A stretch of 32,000 nt of DNA from Erysipelotrichaceae bacterium (GCA_963676105.1 OY781039.1:1020001-1052000); one strand, 5' to 3'. Counted from the first letter of the stretch, positions 13,929 through 23,594 are shown. Program-made: numbers and translations. The notes: generated by a model not told the origin, from the sequence alone.

Positions 13929-16493
13929 TTATTTTTCACCATTTAGTTTCAATAACTTCATAATTTCTACAACCGGCACAGGTACAAAGGCTAAGCCTAA
14001 GACAATTTCCCAATGCATTAGATCCATATTAGCCAGTTTAAAAATCTCTTGTAGAACTGGAATTTCAAGTACGGCTACCATCATTAAACCATTAATGATT
14101 GCGGCAATAAGTAACCAGTTATTAAATTTTGATTTAGACAAAATCGAATTTCTAAACGATCTTAAGTTAAACGCATGGAAGAGTTGTGAGAACGCTAAGA
14201 CAGAGAATGCCATGGTTTGCCCCATGATAACTGATTCTTTCATCCCCATCACAAAGGCTGTTAAAGTTAATCCGCCAACCATTAAACCTTGATAAGCAAT
14301 ACGCCAATTCATCGGTCCGTTAAGTAAACTCTTATCTGTTTTAGGTTTACGCTTCATAATCCCAGCTTCAGCAGGATCCACCCCAAGTGCTAGAGCTGGT
14401 AAGCTATCAGTGACTAAGTTAATCCATAGAATATGGATTGGCAAAAGTGGTGCTGACCAATTAAGGAAGGTCGCAACCATTAAGGTCATAAGTTCACCTA
14501 CATTACAGGATAGTAAGTATGAAATCGATTTAAGAATATTGTCTTTAATACGACGCCCTTCTTCAATCGCATCAACAATGGTCGCAAAGTTATCATCGGT
14601 TAAAACCATATCAGATGCCCCTTTGGCAACTTCAGTTCCAACAATACCCATGGCTGTTCCAATATCTGCTTTTTTAAGCGCTGGCGCATCATTGACACCA
14701 TCTCCTGTCATCGCGACAATATCCCCTTGATTATTCCAAGCTTCGACAATACGAATCTTATGTTCAGGTGATACACGAGCATAAACAGAAATCGTCTTAA
14801 CAGCTTCATTAAGTTGTTGATCTGAATAGCTTTCTAATTCAACACCTTCTAAAACATTATCGCCTTCTTCCATTAATCCAATTTCTTTGGCAATCGCAAC
14901 CGCAGTCACTTTATGGTCACCTGTAATCATGACAACTTCAATCCCTGCTTCTTTACAGATACGAATCGCTTCTTTAACTTCTTCACGAGCAGGATCCATC
15001 ATCCCAACTAAGCCCATAAAGGTTAATTTTTCTTCAAAGCTATCATGATCCACTTTGTTTGGATTAATCTCTTTTTGTGCAAAAGCTAAAACACGTAAAG
15101 CCTTTGTGGCCATTTCAGTATTCTTTTCGTGGATTTCTTCAATATGCTTTTGTGTTAATTTAATAACTTTTCCATTTTTTAAGATGTGCGTTGAAATCGC
15201 TAGTATTTCATCAACTCCACCTTTAACTAAAACAAGAGACTTTTCTTCAATCGTATGAGCCGTACTCATACGTTTACGATTAGAATCAAATGGCAATTCA
15301 CCTAAACGCGGATAAGCTTTATCTGCTTTTAAATCTATACCTTCTTTAATCGCCCATTCAGCCAAAGCTGTTTCAGTTGGGTCTCCAACCCACACGCCAT
15401 CTACTAAACGTGAGTCATTACATAAATATGAACTTAAAGCTAAAGCATGCGTATCTTCACCATAGCTTTCAAGCACTGTCATTTTATTTTGTGTAAGTGT
15501 TCCTGTTTTATCAGAACAAATAACCGTTGCGCTACCTAAAGTTTCAACTGAGGACAAGTTACGAATAATCGCATGTTGTTTAGCTAAGCGTTGAACACCC
15601 ATCGCCAACACGATTGTCGCAACAGCTGGTAAACTTTCTGGAATAACCGCAACTGCGAGTGAAATCGCTGTTAAGAATAAGTGGAATGGTTCATTACCAT
15701 ACATTAAGCCAACCGCAAAAATTAATAGAACCGCAATAATCGCCGCAATCCCTAGATATTTACCTAAGGCATCGAGTTGTTTTTGAAGAGGTGTCGGTTC
15801 TTTTTTCGCTGTTTTAAGAAGTTTCGCAATTTTACCAACTTCTGTATTCATTCCTGTACCTGTTACTAAAGCAGTGGCACGTCCATAAGTGACCATACTT
15901 GAGGCATAGGCCATGTTAATACGATCCCCTAAGGCCGCATCTTCTTCTAAAATCGCATGTGCATCTTTTTCAACTGGAACAGATTCACCGGTTAAAGAAG
16001 ATTCTTGAATCTTAGTTGAAATGGTTTCAATTAAACGACAATCTGCCGCAACCACATCCCCTGCTTCCAAAAGTAAGATATCAAATGGGACAACATTATA
16101 AGAAGGAATCACCTTGACTTCCCCATCTCTTAAAACTTTTGCGCTAGGTGCACTCATTTCCTTTAAAGCTTCTAAAGCTTTTTCTGCCTTACCTTCTTGA
16201 ACCACCCCAATAATCGCATTGACAATGACGATGGTTAAAATGATAATCGCATCAACCGCTTCATCCATAAAAAAGGATATGATTGCCGCAATAATTAGAA
16301 TAATAATCATTGAATCTTTGAATTGATTCAAGACTTTATGCCACCAAGGCTCTTTAGCTTCTTCCTCTAATCGATTTAAGCCATACTGTGCTTGATTTTT
16401 TAAAGCTTCTTCTTGGCTTAAGCCCTTGTCTTCTATCGCAATCTCTAAAACCTTTTCAAGATTCTCGGAATGCCAATGATAATGTTTTTCCAT
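13929..16493 (-). CDS. P-type cation-transporting ATPase (P2-type, Ca2+/Mn2+-ATPase-like)
   Basis: 854 aa with CSDKTGTLT phosphorylation motif, TGES actuator motif and TGDGVNDAPALKKADIG hinge. AAGGAG RBS. Confidence 0.9.
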   Translation of the reverse strand: MEKHYHWHSENLEKVLEIAIEDKGLSQEEALKNQAQYGLNRLEEEAKEPWWHKVLNQFKDSMIIILIIAAIISFFMDEAVDAIIILTIVIVNAIIGVVQEGKAEKALEALKEMSAPSAKVLRDGEVKVIPSYNVVPFDILLLEAGDVVAADCRLIETISTKIQESSLTGESVPVEKDAHAILEEDAALGDRINMAYASSMVTYGRATALVTGTGMNTEVGKIAKLLKTAKKEPTPLQKQLDALGKYLGIAAIIAVLLIFAVGLMYGNEPFHLFLTAISLAVAVIPESLPAVATIVLAMGVQRLAKQHAIIRNLSSVETLGSATVICSDKTGTLTQNKMTVLESYGEDTHALALSSYLCNDSRLVDGVWVGDPTETALAEWAIKEGIDLKADKAYPRLGELPFDSNRKRMSTAHTIEEKSLVLVKGGVDEILAISTHILKNGKVIKLTQKHIEEIHEKNTEMATKALRVLAFAQKEINPNKVDHDSFEEKLTFMGLVGMMDPAREEVKEAIRICKEAGIEVVMITGDHKVTAVAIAKEIGLMEEGDNVLEGVELESYSDQQLNEAVKTISVYARVSPEHKIRIVEAWNNQGDIVAMTGDGVNDAPALKKADIGTAMGIVGTEVAKGASDMVLTDDNFATIVDAIEEGRRIKDNILKSISYLLSCNVGELMTLMVATFLNWSAPLLPIHILWINLVTDSLPALALGVDPAEAGIMKRKPKTDKSLLNGPMNWRIAYQGLMVGGLTLTAFVMGMKESVIMGQTMAFSVLAFSQLFHAFNLRSFRNSILSKSKFNNWLLIAAIINGLMMVAVLEIPVLQEIFKLANMDLMHWEIVLGLAFVPVPVVEIMKLLKLNGEK

Positions 16494-16510
16494 AATACTC
16501 CTTTTTGTCT

Positions 16511-16629
16511 AATAAAAAGACTTCAATCTAAAAAACATAGATTAAAGTCTCAAAGTTTAAGTGAATTCCAGGCATAAAGCCGTGTTGGTGAAATTTCACA
16601 CCCATCAAATAGGTTTTTACTCCCTTTAA
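16511..16629 (-). promoter_or_regulatory. Riboswitch-like leader with conditional terminator (yybP-ykoY / Mn2+-like candidate)
   Basis: The minus-strand RNA begins UUAAAGGGAGUA (16618-16629) and its closing strand is GAGACUUUAA (16542-16551). The terminator is AGACUUUAAUCU (16539-16550) / AGAUUGAAGUCU (16518-16529), followed by UUUUUAUU, 17 nt before the ATPase RBS. The 3' strand of the closing helix is also the 5' arm of the terminator. Confidence 0.45.
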
Positions 16630-16638
16630 TACTTAATT

Positions 16639-16666
16639 AGTATACCAAGTTTTATTCAAAACGCAA
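16639..16666 (-). promoter_or_regulatory. Candidate promoter of the ATPase leader (extended -10)
   Basis: On the minus strand: TTGCGT (16661-16666), 16-nt spacer, TGG-TATACT (16639-16647). It overlaps the 3' end of the ABC permease gene. Confidence 0.45.
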
Positions 16667-17815
16667 TGCTTCAACCGGTTCAAGTTTTGACGCGGTATAA
16701 GCAGGGTAAATCCCAAAGATTAAACCAATCGTTAGTGAGAAGCCTAATGAGATCGTAACAGCACTCCACCCTAAACTTACAGTAAAGTCAGTTAAGAATG
16801 TAATCAGTAGTGCACCTAGATAAGAAACCACTAAACCAAAGAGTCCACCTAGGACTGTGATAATCACTGCTTCAATTAAGAATTGTAATAAGATTTGAGA
16901 TTGACGAGCACCAAGCGCTTTACGAATCCCAATTTCTTTAGTTCTTTCACGTACTGTAACTAACATAATATTCATGATTCCAATACCACCGACAATGAGT
17001 GAAATAGAGGCAATACCAGATAATAGAGTTGTGAGTAATCCCATCAGTGTATCTAAGACAGACAAGATTTGAGATTGAGAGAACGCTCCATAATAATCAC
17101 TGGATGGAAAGATAGATAATAAATATGTCTCAATACGATTTAAAGTGAAGTCTATGGTATCCTCTGACTCTGCCGCAATATAGAAGACTTTCGCAAAAGA
17201 CGCATTACCGGCCATACGTGTAGCCAATTCAGATGAGATATAAACCATTAAATCATTATCTCCCCCAAAGTTAGTTCCTCTTTCTTCAACGACACCAACC
17301 ACTGTAAATGGCATCCCTTTAATAAGCAATGTATTACCTAGTACTTCCTGATTTGGAAATAAAAGGTTTGGAATTTTAGATCCGACCACAACTGAAGGGA
17401 CTGAATAATCAATATCTTCTTGTGATAAGAAACGACCAGCTGTCATATCCAAAGAATTAATGTAGGCATAGTCTTCATTAACCCCAGAAATCGTAATATT
17501 TTGTGTTTGTCCTTCGACAATATAAGATGCAGAATTAGAAATCAACGGTGAATACGCATCAATCTTCGCATCATCTTTAATCAAATCTAACCAATTTACA
17601 GGTAGATTGCCTTCTGTATCTCTAACTTGAACATAAACTAAGTTAGACCCAATTGAACGAATTTGATTAGCTGCTTCTTCCCGTGCTGAATTACCCAAAG
17701 ACATAAGTAAAATAACAGATGAAACCCCAATCACAACACCAAGTGTAGTTAGGATTGCTCTGACTTTATGTGAGAAGACTGATCTAAAAGAGATCGCAAA
17801 ATATTCTTTTATCAT
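16652..17815 (-). CDS. ABC transporter permease, MacB/FtsX-type
   Basis: 387 aa: N-terminal TM, large extracytoplasmic domain, and a C-terminal FtsX-like 3-TM bundle (RERTKEIGIRKALGA). ATGA overlap with the ATPase gene. Confidence 0.85.
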   Translation of the reverse strand: MIKEYFAISFRSVFSHKVRAILTTLGVVIGVSSVILLMSLGNSAREEAANQIRSIGSNLVYVQVRDTEGNLPVNWLDLIKDDAKIDAYSPLISNSASYIVEGQTQNITISGVNEDYAYINSLDMTAGRFLSQEDIDYSVPSVVVGSKIPNLLFPNQEVLGNTLLIKGMPFTVVGVVEERGTNFGGDNDLMVYISSELATRMAGNASFAKVFYIAAESEDTIDFTLNRIETYLLSIFPSSDYYGAFSQSQILSVLDTLMGLLTTLLSGIASISLIVGGIGIMNIMLVTVRERTKEIGIRKALGARQSQILLQFLIEAVIITVLGGLFGLVVSYLGALLITFLTDFTVSLGWSAVTISLGFSLTIGLIFGIYPAYTASKLEPVEALRFE

Positions 17816-18495
17816 TTGCGCACCTTCACTTCATCACTCGCCACTTTTCCATCAAACAAACTAATCTTACGATCTGTTGTATCGGCAATATCATTGTCAT
17901 GGGTAATAATCACAACTGTTTTACCCAAGTCATTGAGTTTTCTAAGTTGAGCTAAAACCTCTAAACCTGTTTTAGAATCCAAAGCTCCTGTTGGCTCATC
18001 CGCTAAAATAATCGCAGGATCGTTAGATAAAGCACGCGCAATAGACACACGTTGTTGTTGCCCACCTGATAACTCGGTCGGTTTATGATCAACACGATCA
18101 CCTAAGCCAACAAGTTCAAGTAATTCTTTAGCCTTTTTAATTCTTTGTGGTTTAGGCACTTTGGCATATGTCATGGGTATCATGACATTTTCTAATGCAC
18201 TGAAAGTATTTAATAAATTAAATTGTTGAAAGATAAAACCAATTTGACGATTACGAATATCCGCTAAAGTGTCTTGATCATAATCCATAATTGGAATGTC
18301 GTTGAGTTCATATTCACCCTCACTGACTACATCTAAACAACCAATAATATTCATCAGTGTTGATTTACCCGAACCAGAAGGTCCAACAATGGAGACAAAC
18401 TCGCCTTCCTTAATGGATATATCAACCCCATTTAGAGCCATGACAATGTTATCACCCATTTCATAGCGTTTCTTTACATTCTTAAGTTCAATCAT
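17812..18495 (-). CDS. ABC transporter ATP-binding protein (MacB/LolD-like)
   Basis: Walker A GPSGSGKST, signature LSGGQQQRV, Walker B ILADEPTGALD. Confidence 0.9.
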   Translation of the reverse strand: MIELKNVKKRYEMGDNIVMALNGVDISIKEGEFVSIVGPSGSGKSTLMNIIGCLDVVSEGEYELNDIPIMDYDQDTLADIRNRQIGFIFQQFNLLNTFSALENVMIPMTYAKVPKPQRIKKAKELLELVGLGDRVDHKPTELSGGQQQRVSIARALSNDPAIILADEPTGALDSKTGLEVLAQLRKLNDLGKTVVIITHDNDIADTTDRKISLFDGKVASDEVKVRK

Positions 18496-19829
18496 TGTTG
18501 ATTGGGTCCAAATGGTAAACCAAAACCTGCACTTGTGTTTGGAATTACGATTTCTTGACCTTCTAAATTGTCTCCAAAAACTTCAACATTATAAACATCC
18601 GCAAATCCCGTAGACACTGGGATATAGAAATCAGATTGCGAACGAGCTGGTGAGTCTAACCATGCTGCATCAATTAAATAACGCTCTGTTCCTTCACTAA
18701 TTAAAGCTTCATATGGAACCACTAAGATATTATCTTTAGATTCAACCACAATAGACGCTGAACCACTCATACCTAAGAAAATCGGCGCATCTTCGCCATC
18801 AAATTCAATCGTAATTGGATAAGTTGTGTAATCTAAATTCGTATTCCCAATTTGTGATATTTTTACGATTTGACCATCGAAGCTTTGATCAACAGATTCA
18901 ACATAAATGCTGACTTTTTGGTCAAAACCAATTTTATGAATATCCGTTTCCGCAATATTAACCACTAGATTATAAGCATTTGGATTTGAAATAACGACAT
19001 CACCACTTAAGGTGCTTGGCAGAGATGATATAACCCCATCACGTGTCGCAATAATTTTCGCATCTACTGCACGTGCTTGGTATGTTCCTAAACTTTGACC
19101 ACTATTAACATAATCACCCACACTCACATTTGTGCTTAACATTGAGCCATTAACTTCAATTTCACGTGCGCTACCATATGAAATACTGCCATGATAATAA
19201 GTATTCCCAGTATCTGGAATATCCACTTTCGCAACCGCACTCATACCAACCACGACACTGCTTGATGTGTTTGTAAATTCTAAACCTAGTACATACTGTC
19301 CTAAGGCATTAACATTGGCAGACTTTGTGCGAACCTGACCGTAGAATGTTTCATCTGTTGCCTGTACATAGACTTCTGCATATGTTCCTAAAGCAATTTT
19401 ATTGATTTGATATTCAGTCACAGGCATATCCATTGCTAAAATCGAATAATTCGCAATTTCAAAACTGTTATCTAAAGCTGACGCAACTTTTGTGATTACA
19501 CCACTAGTTGGCGCATAAAGTTCTTGAGCGGTTGTAGAGGTTTTCGTATATTCCCCTAAGATATCCCCTTTAGATACGATATCTCCCACTTCAACAAACA
19601 TTTCAGATACGGTTCCTGAAAGTTTAATACTATCTTCATCTGAAGATTGTATTTTACCTGTCGCAATAGAGACAAGTTCTATACTTGAACGAGAAATAAC
19701 CGTAGTATCCATGTTGTTTGCGACATTGCTTTGAGCCATATTTCTAAGCCCCATAAATGCGCCAACAATCACCACAATAATAATTCCTATTATCCAAATC
19801 CAACGTTTAGATTTCTTTTGTTTTTTCAT
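18492..19829 (-). CDS. Efflux adaptor / membrane-fusion protein (HlyD/MacA-like)
   Basis: N-terminal TM anchor. Lipoyl/beta-barrel-type repeats (GDIVSKGDILG, GDYVNSGQSLG). ATGA overlap with the downstream ABC genes. AAGGAG RBS. Confidence 0.75.
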   Translation of the reverse strand: MKKQKKSKRWIWIIGIIIVVIVGAFMGLRNMAQSNVANNMDTTVISRSSIELVSIATGKIQSSDEDSIKLSGTVSEMFVEVGDIVSKGDILGEYTKTSTTAQELYAPTSGVITKVASALDNSFEIANYSILAMDMPVTEYQINKIALGTYAEVYVQATDETFYGQVRTKSANVNALGQYVLGLEFTNTSSSVVVGMSAVAKVDIPDTGNTYYHGSISYGSAREIEVNGSMLSTNVSVGDYVNSGQSLGTYQARAVDAKIIATRDGVISSLPSTLSGDVVISNPNAYNLVVNIAETDIHKIGFDQKVSIYVESVDQSFDGQIVKISQIGNTNLDYTTYPITIEFDGEDAPIFLGMSGSASIVVESKDNILVVPYEALISEGTERYLIDAAWLDSPARSQSDFYIPVSTGFADVYNVEVFGDNLEGQEIVIPNTSAGFGLPFGPNQQ

Positions 19830-19876
19830 AAAACTCCTTAATTAGTTAAGATACTTAACTATTTATCACACATATC

Positions 19877-19904
19877 ATTTTACACAGTGAAAATGATAAG
19901 TCAA
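19877..19904 (-). promoter_or_regulatory. Candidate sigma-A promoter of the efflux operon
   Basis: On the minus strand: TTGACT (19899-19904), 16-nt spacer, TAAAAT (19877-19882). An inverted repeat overlaps it. Confidence 0.45.
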
Positions 19905-19918
19905 CACAAATGATTAAG

Positions 19919-20692
19919 TTACTTAACTATCTTCAAATAAAGAAAGCGAAGTATCACATAAGACAATAATAAACTGATTAATACATCAGATAAAAAATGC
20001 GCTCCAATGACCATTCGATAATAGCCCACAACACCAATCCATAATAAAGATCGATAGATACTTAAATTTCTTGCCTTTTCGCTTTGATGTGGAAAAACCG
20101 CAAATACCATTAAGAAAGCACTCATTGAAACATGAAAAGACGGCAATGATCTAAAGTTCTCTTCAAAGTTAAACGGTAACCATTTTAAATAAAAGGAATA
20201 GTCTAAACAGCCACCCATATATAAATAAGGTCTAAAGCGTAATACAAAGGTTTTTACTAAATTAGGAATAAATAGTAATAAAACAAAACTTAGTGATGTG
20301 AACAAAAACCATTTAAAATAAAGCTTCGATTTAAATATCTTTATTCGATGAACAAAAACATAAAGTACATAAGCACCTAATAAACTAAAGCTAAGCGTAT
20401 CGATCAATTCAAAACCAAGATTAATGTGCATTATTAAAGCAATCGCAAAAACCATTATTACAGCACATGTTTCATAGATTGTTTTCTTGATTAAATCATT
20501 GGTATTTAAAGCTAATCCAAACAAGGCAAAAGCCCCCACAAAGTAAGCAAGGTGATTTGCGTAGTCATTAATAAGCATCGCGATTGTATCATCTGGATTA
20601 TATAGATATTTCGCAATCTCAAAATCATAATAGAACGACGTAATTAGAGCTAAAGTGATTAAACTTAGTATAACTAGATCTTGTTTTTTCAT
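19919..20692 (-). CDS. PAP2-family membrane phosphatase
   Basis: Polytopic, with the three PAP2 motifs in order: LRFRP, PSFH, and RMVIGAHFLSD. Confidence 0.75.
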   Translation of the reverse strand: MKKQDLVILSLITLALITSFYYDFEIAKYLYNPDDTIAMLINDYANHLAYFVGAFALFGLALNTNDLIKKTIYETCAVIMVFAIALIMHINLGFELIDTLSFSLLGAYVLYVFVHRIKIFKSKLYFKWFLFTSLSFVLLLFIPNLVKTFVLRFRPYLYMGGCLDYSFYLKWLPFNFEENFRSLPSFHVSMSAFLMVFAVFPHQSEKARNLSIYRSLLWIGVVGYYRMVIGAHFLSDVLISLLLSYVILRFLYLKIVK

Positions 20693-20704
20693 ATCTCTAA
20701 TTAT

Positions 20705-20730
20705 AAAAGAAAAAAGGACTTTCGTCCTTT
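20705..20730 (-). terminator. Rho-independent terminator of the sugar/oxidoreductase operon
   Basis: AAAGGAC (20713-20719) / GTCCTTT (20724-20730), GAAA-type loop on the minus strand, followed by a U-rich run. It overlaps the VOC stop codon by 2 nt. Confidence 0.7.
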
Positions 20731-21202
20731 AAACATTACCGATAACTTGAAGACTTCCTTCTGTATATTGCATGATTTCAAATTTATTACCTTCTGGATC
20801 ATGAATCCACATTTGCCAGGTTTTTGAAGGACCAATATTTGGTTCAACATCAATTTCAACACCATTTGCGACAAGTTCATCGCGTGTTTTATGAATGTCA
20901 TCAACAAGTAGCGCAAAATGAGAATAACCGACATGTTCATTCCAATCCGTATGCGGTTTTTGACCTTCATGTTTTGGAAAGAGTTCAATAAATTGTCCAG
21001 GCGCAAGTTCAATATAGGTTAGAAATACATCATCAGGACGTACTTCTGCAATTTTTCTTAGTTGTTCCTTAGGCGAATCAATATATACCCCGTATTTTGT
21101 TAAGATTTTTTGTTTTAGTCCCAATTTATTGCAGTAAAAATCAACCATTGTGTCGAAATCATCTACATAAAATGAAACATGCATAACTGAATTAAATTTC
21201 AT
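20729..21202 (-). CDS. VOC-family (glyoxalase / bleomycin-resistance / dioxygenase fold) protein
   Basis: 157 aa with a two-module beta-alpha-beta-beta-beta pattern. Contains the His/Glu-containing segments MHVSFYV and HFALLV typical of VOC metal sites. Confidence 0.7.
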   Translation of the reverse strand: MKFNSVMHVSFYVDDFDTMVDFYCNKLGLKQKILTKYGVYIDSPKEQLRKIAEVRPDDVFLTYIELAPGQFIELFPKHEGQKPHTDWNEHVGYSHFALLVDDIHKTRDELVANGVEIDVEPNIGPSKTWQMWIHDPEGNKFEIMQYTEGSLQVIGNV

Positions 21203-21203
21203 A

Positions 21204-22154
21204 TTACTTTAGCTCCTTTTTAATTTCTGTTATTAATTTGATTAACTGTATAGAATCTTGATGACTCATACGTTCATCTTCAATTTCTTTATTTTGTATT
21301 CCATTTTGAACAGCTTCAATTTCACCAAAGAAATCATCTGTATCATCATTATATTCAAAGTGATTTCCATCATTTAAATTCACAATGATAGAACTAGCGC
21401 GATGATAATCTCTCACAAAGATGGATCCCTTATCACCAATAATAGTCATATTGCGATCAATACTACGATCTAAAGCATTATTCGCAATACCTGTTACACC
21501 ATTCTCAAAATAAATAGTAATTCTTTCATAGGCATCTACACCTCTTTTTAAAACATATTCTGTTTCAAAGGACTTTATGTCACATTTTACTAAATCTAAG
21601 AGTGCACCTAACGTATATGAACCAACATCATAGAGAATTCCCCCTATTTCAGAATCATATAAATATCGGGCATGCTCATCAGGGATGACATAACCAAAGC
21701 CATTTTCAATTGTTCGAATATCACCAATTAGTCTTTCATCTAATATTTCATGTAGTTTTTTGTTGAGTGGCATAAAACGTGTTTTTAATGCTTCAACAAA
21801 CATAACTTGATGTTTTTGAGCTGTTTGCACTAAATCAGTTGTTTCTTCAACAGATAAGGTCGCAGGTTTTTCACATAAAACTGCAATCCCTTTTTCTAGC
21901 GCTTTTTTTGCCCATTTATAGTGATCATTGTGACGTAGAGTAATATAAATTGCGTCAATACTTTCATCACTTAGTAATGCATCATAATCTGTGTAGGCTA
22001 CACAATCAGGATAATCTGTTTTAATCTTTTCTAATTTAGATTGAGTTCTACTTGCGATGGCATATAATTCCCCACCTTCGCTTAAACTTAAACCTTTTAG
22101 AAAGCGTGAATAGGTTGATCCTAGACCAATAATGCCCCATTTAATTTTGTTCAT
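21204..22154 (-). CDS. Gfo/Idh/MocA-family NAD(P)-dependent oxidoreductase
   Basis: N-terminal Rossmann segment KWGIIGLGS and the conserved CEKP motif. 1-nt gap to the VOC gene. Confidence 0.85.
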   Translation of the reverse strand: MNKIKWGIIGLGSTYSRFLKGLSLSEGGELYAIASRTQSKLEKIKTDYPDCVAYTDYDALLSDESIDAIYITLRHNDHYKWAKKALEKGIAVLCEKPATLSVEETTDLVQTAQKHQVMFVEALKTRFMPLNKKLHEILDERLIGDIRTIENGFGYVIPDEHARYLYDSEIGGILYDVGSYTLGALLDLVKCDIKSFETEYVLKRGVDAYERITIYFENGVTGIANNALDRSIDRNMTIIGDKGSIFVRDYHRASSIIVNLNDGNHFEYNDDTDDFFGEIEAVQNGIQNKEIEDERMSHQDSIQLIKLITEIKKELK

Positions 22155-22222
22155 AATATAAAACCTCTACATCCATTTTAACTGAAGTGTTCTGAAATAT
22201 TTTTCCAAAATCCAAAGAAGAA

Positions 22223-22243
22223 AGAGGGTTTATTTCAAACCCT
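22223..22243 (-). terminator. Intra-operon hairpin / partial terminator after the EIIC gene
   Basis: GAGGGTTT (22223-22230) / AAACCCTC (22236-22243), perfect 8-bp stem, followed by UUUCUUCUUU on the minus strand. Confidence 0.5.
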
Positions 22244-22253
22244 CTCGTACATC

Positions 22254-23594
22254 TTATTGAGCAGCTTCTGCTGCTTTTTGTGCTTCTAATTTAGCTAATT
22301 CATTTCTTTCATAAACTCTCCAGAATGGAAGGTAAATGAAATAACCAATAGCTACATTACATGCAACAACAATGATCCATTTCCAGTCACCTGAAGCAGC
22401 AGGTCCAAGTAAGAATGGAGGGGTAGCCCAAGGAAGAGCTGCGAACATCTTACCAACTAAACCAAGTGCAACAACACTATAAGTAAAGATGGAACTTACA
22501 ACTTCCGCTAATAGGAATGGAATAAATAGAATTGGATTTAAAGCCAATGGCAAACCAAACATAACTGGTTCAATGATGGTAAATATACCAGCAGGTAATG
22601 CGGTTGTAGCCAACGCTTTTTTACCAGGAATCTTAGATGTAAACATGAAGATAAAGAGTGGCCATACAGTCGCTGTCCAGTCATGCATACGTTCAAATGG
22701 TTGTGTCCAAATATAAGGTAAAGGTGTTCCAGCAGCAACAGCTTCAGCATTCGCTGCAATAGTCATAGTAGTAAATGGAGTAACAATTGCACCTAACATA
22801 TTATCCCCATGAATACCAGCAGTCCAGAATAATTTACGTAGGAATTGTTGGAATGTATAGAAGAAAATATTATCACCAGCACTAAAGATTGGAGCTAATA
22901 AGCTTGTTAACCAAGTTGCTAAATCGAAACCTAGAATTGTTCGAATAATCCAAGCTAATGTAAAGACAACAGTATAAGGAATTAGAGCTGTAAATGAATC
23001 AGCAATCATAGGAGGAACACCATCTGGCATTTTAATAACCACACCTGAGTCAACAACCAATTTGTAAATTCTAACTGATAATAAACCAGTTACGATGGCT
23101 GTAAATAAACCTGATGCGCTAAAGGACGATACGGGAATCCCACCAATTGAGAATGGAATCATATTACCAGCTGCATCCGCAACTTCACCACTTAGTGATG
23201 TTGTATTAACCGTAATAAGAATAAATGATACTAATCCTAGAATTGCAGCAGGTTTTGCGCCAATATCTAATTTAGTCGCATATGCCATAGCGATGGTAAC
23301 CGCTGCATATAAACCTAAGAAGTTCATAGTCAAACCAAAGAACACTAGGAAATCACCTGCATAAGGTGTTAAGAATGGTAATAAGACCGTTGGTTCCCCA
23401 CCAATCGCAATCCAAGGGAGTGCAAGAACAGATAATACTAATCCAATCGAACCAATAATAACGATAGGCATGATCCCAACCATACCTTCTTGAAGAGCTT
23501 GTACCCAAGGGATATTAGCTAGTTTAAACATTGGTTCAGCAATTTTCATTGTAAACTCTTCAACATTATCGAAGAAACTTTTCTTCTCTGACAT
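22254..23594 (-). CDS. PTS EIIC, lactose/cellobiose (Lac/Chb) family, without adjacent EIIA/EIIB
   Basis: 446 aa and polytopic. The N-terminus (FDNVEEFTMKIAEPMFKLANIPWVQALQEGM) is typical of CelB/ChbC-type IIC. Confidence 0.85.
   Translation of the reverse strand: MSEKKSFFDNVEEFTMKIAEPMFKLANIPWVQALQEGMVGIMPIVIIGSIGLVLSVLALPWIAIGGEPTVLLPFLTPYAGDFLVFFGLTMNFLGLYAAVTIAMAYATKLDIGAKPAAILGLVSFILITVNTTSLSGEVADAAGNMIPFSIGGIPVSSFSASGLFTAIVTGLLSVRIYKLVVDSGVVIKMPDGVPPMIADSFTALIPYTVVFTLAWIIRTILGFDLATWLTSLLAPIFSAGDNIFFYTFQQFLRKLFWTAGIHGDNMLGAIVTPFTTMTIAANAEAVAAGTPLPYIWTQPFERMHDWTATVWPLFIFMFTSKIPGKKALATTALPAGIFTIIEPVMFGLPLALNPILFIPFLLAEVVSSIFTYSVVALGLVGKMFAALPWATPPFLLGPAASGDWKWIIVVACNVAIGYFIYLPFWRVYERNELAKLEAQKAAEAAQ

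Noticed and set aside
13882-14292. Plus-strand ORFs inside the P-type ATPase gene (13882..14292, 14410..14730, 15055..15258). Comparable ones occur at 10294..10500, 11527..11841, 20701..21012, 22489..22716, 22538..22759, 23095..23364, 27296..27487, 27387..27587, 28832..29026 and 30974..31180.
   Set aside because: They are antisense or alternative-frame shadows of long genes with clear family signatures. None has independent support.
20693-20705. TATAAT (20700-20705, minus strand) 7 nt upstream of the PAP2 ATG, considered as a second leaderless promoter.
   Set aside because: No extended -10 TG and no -35 element. The hexamer lies within the U-tail of the preceding terminator, and TATAAT is common by chance in this AT-rich DNA. 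Terminator read-through or a weak AGAG SD are equally likely.
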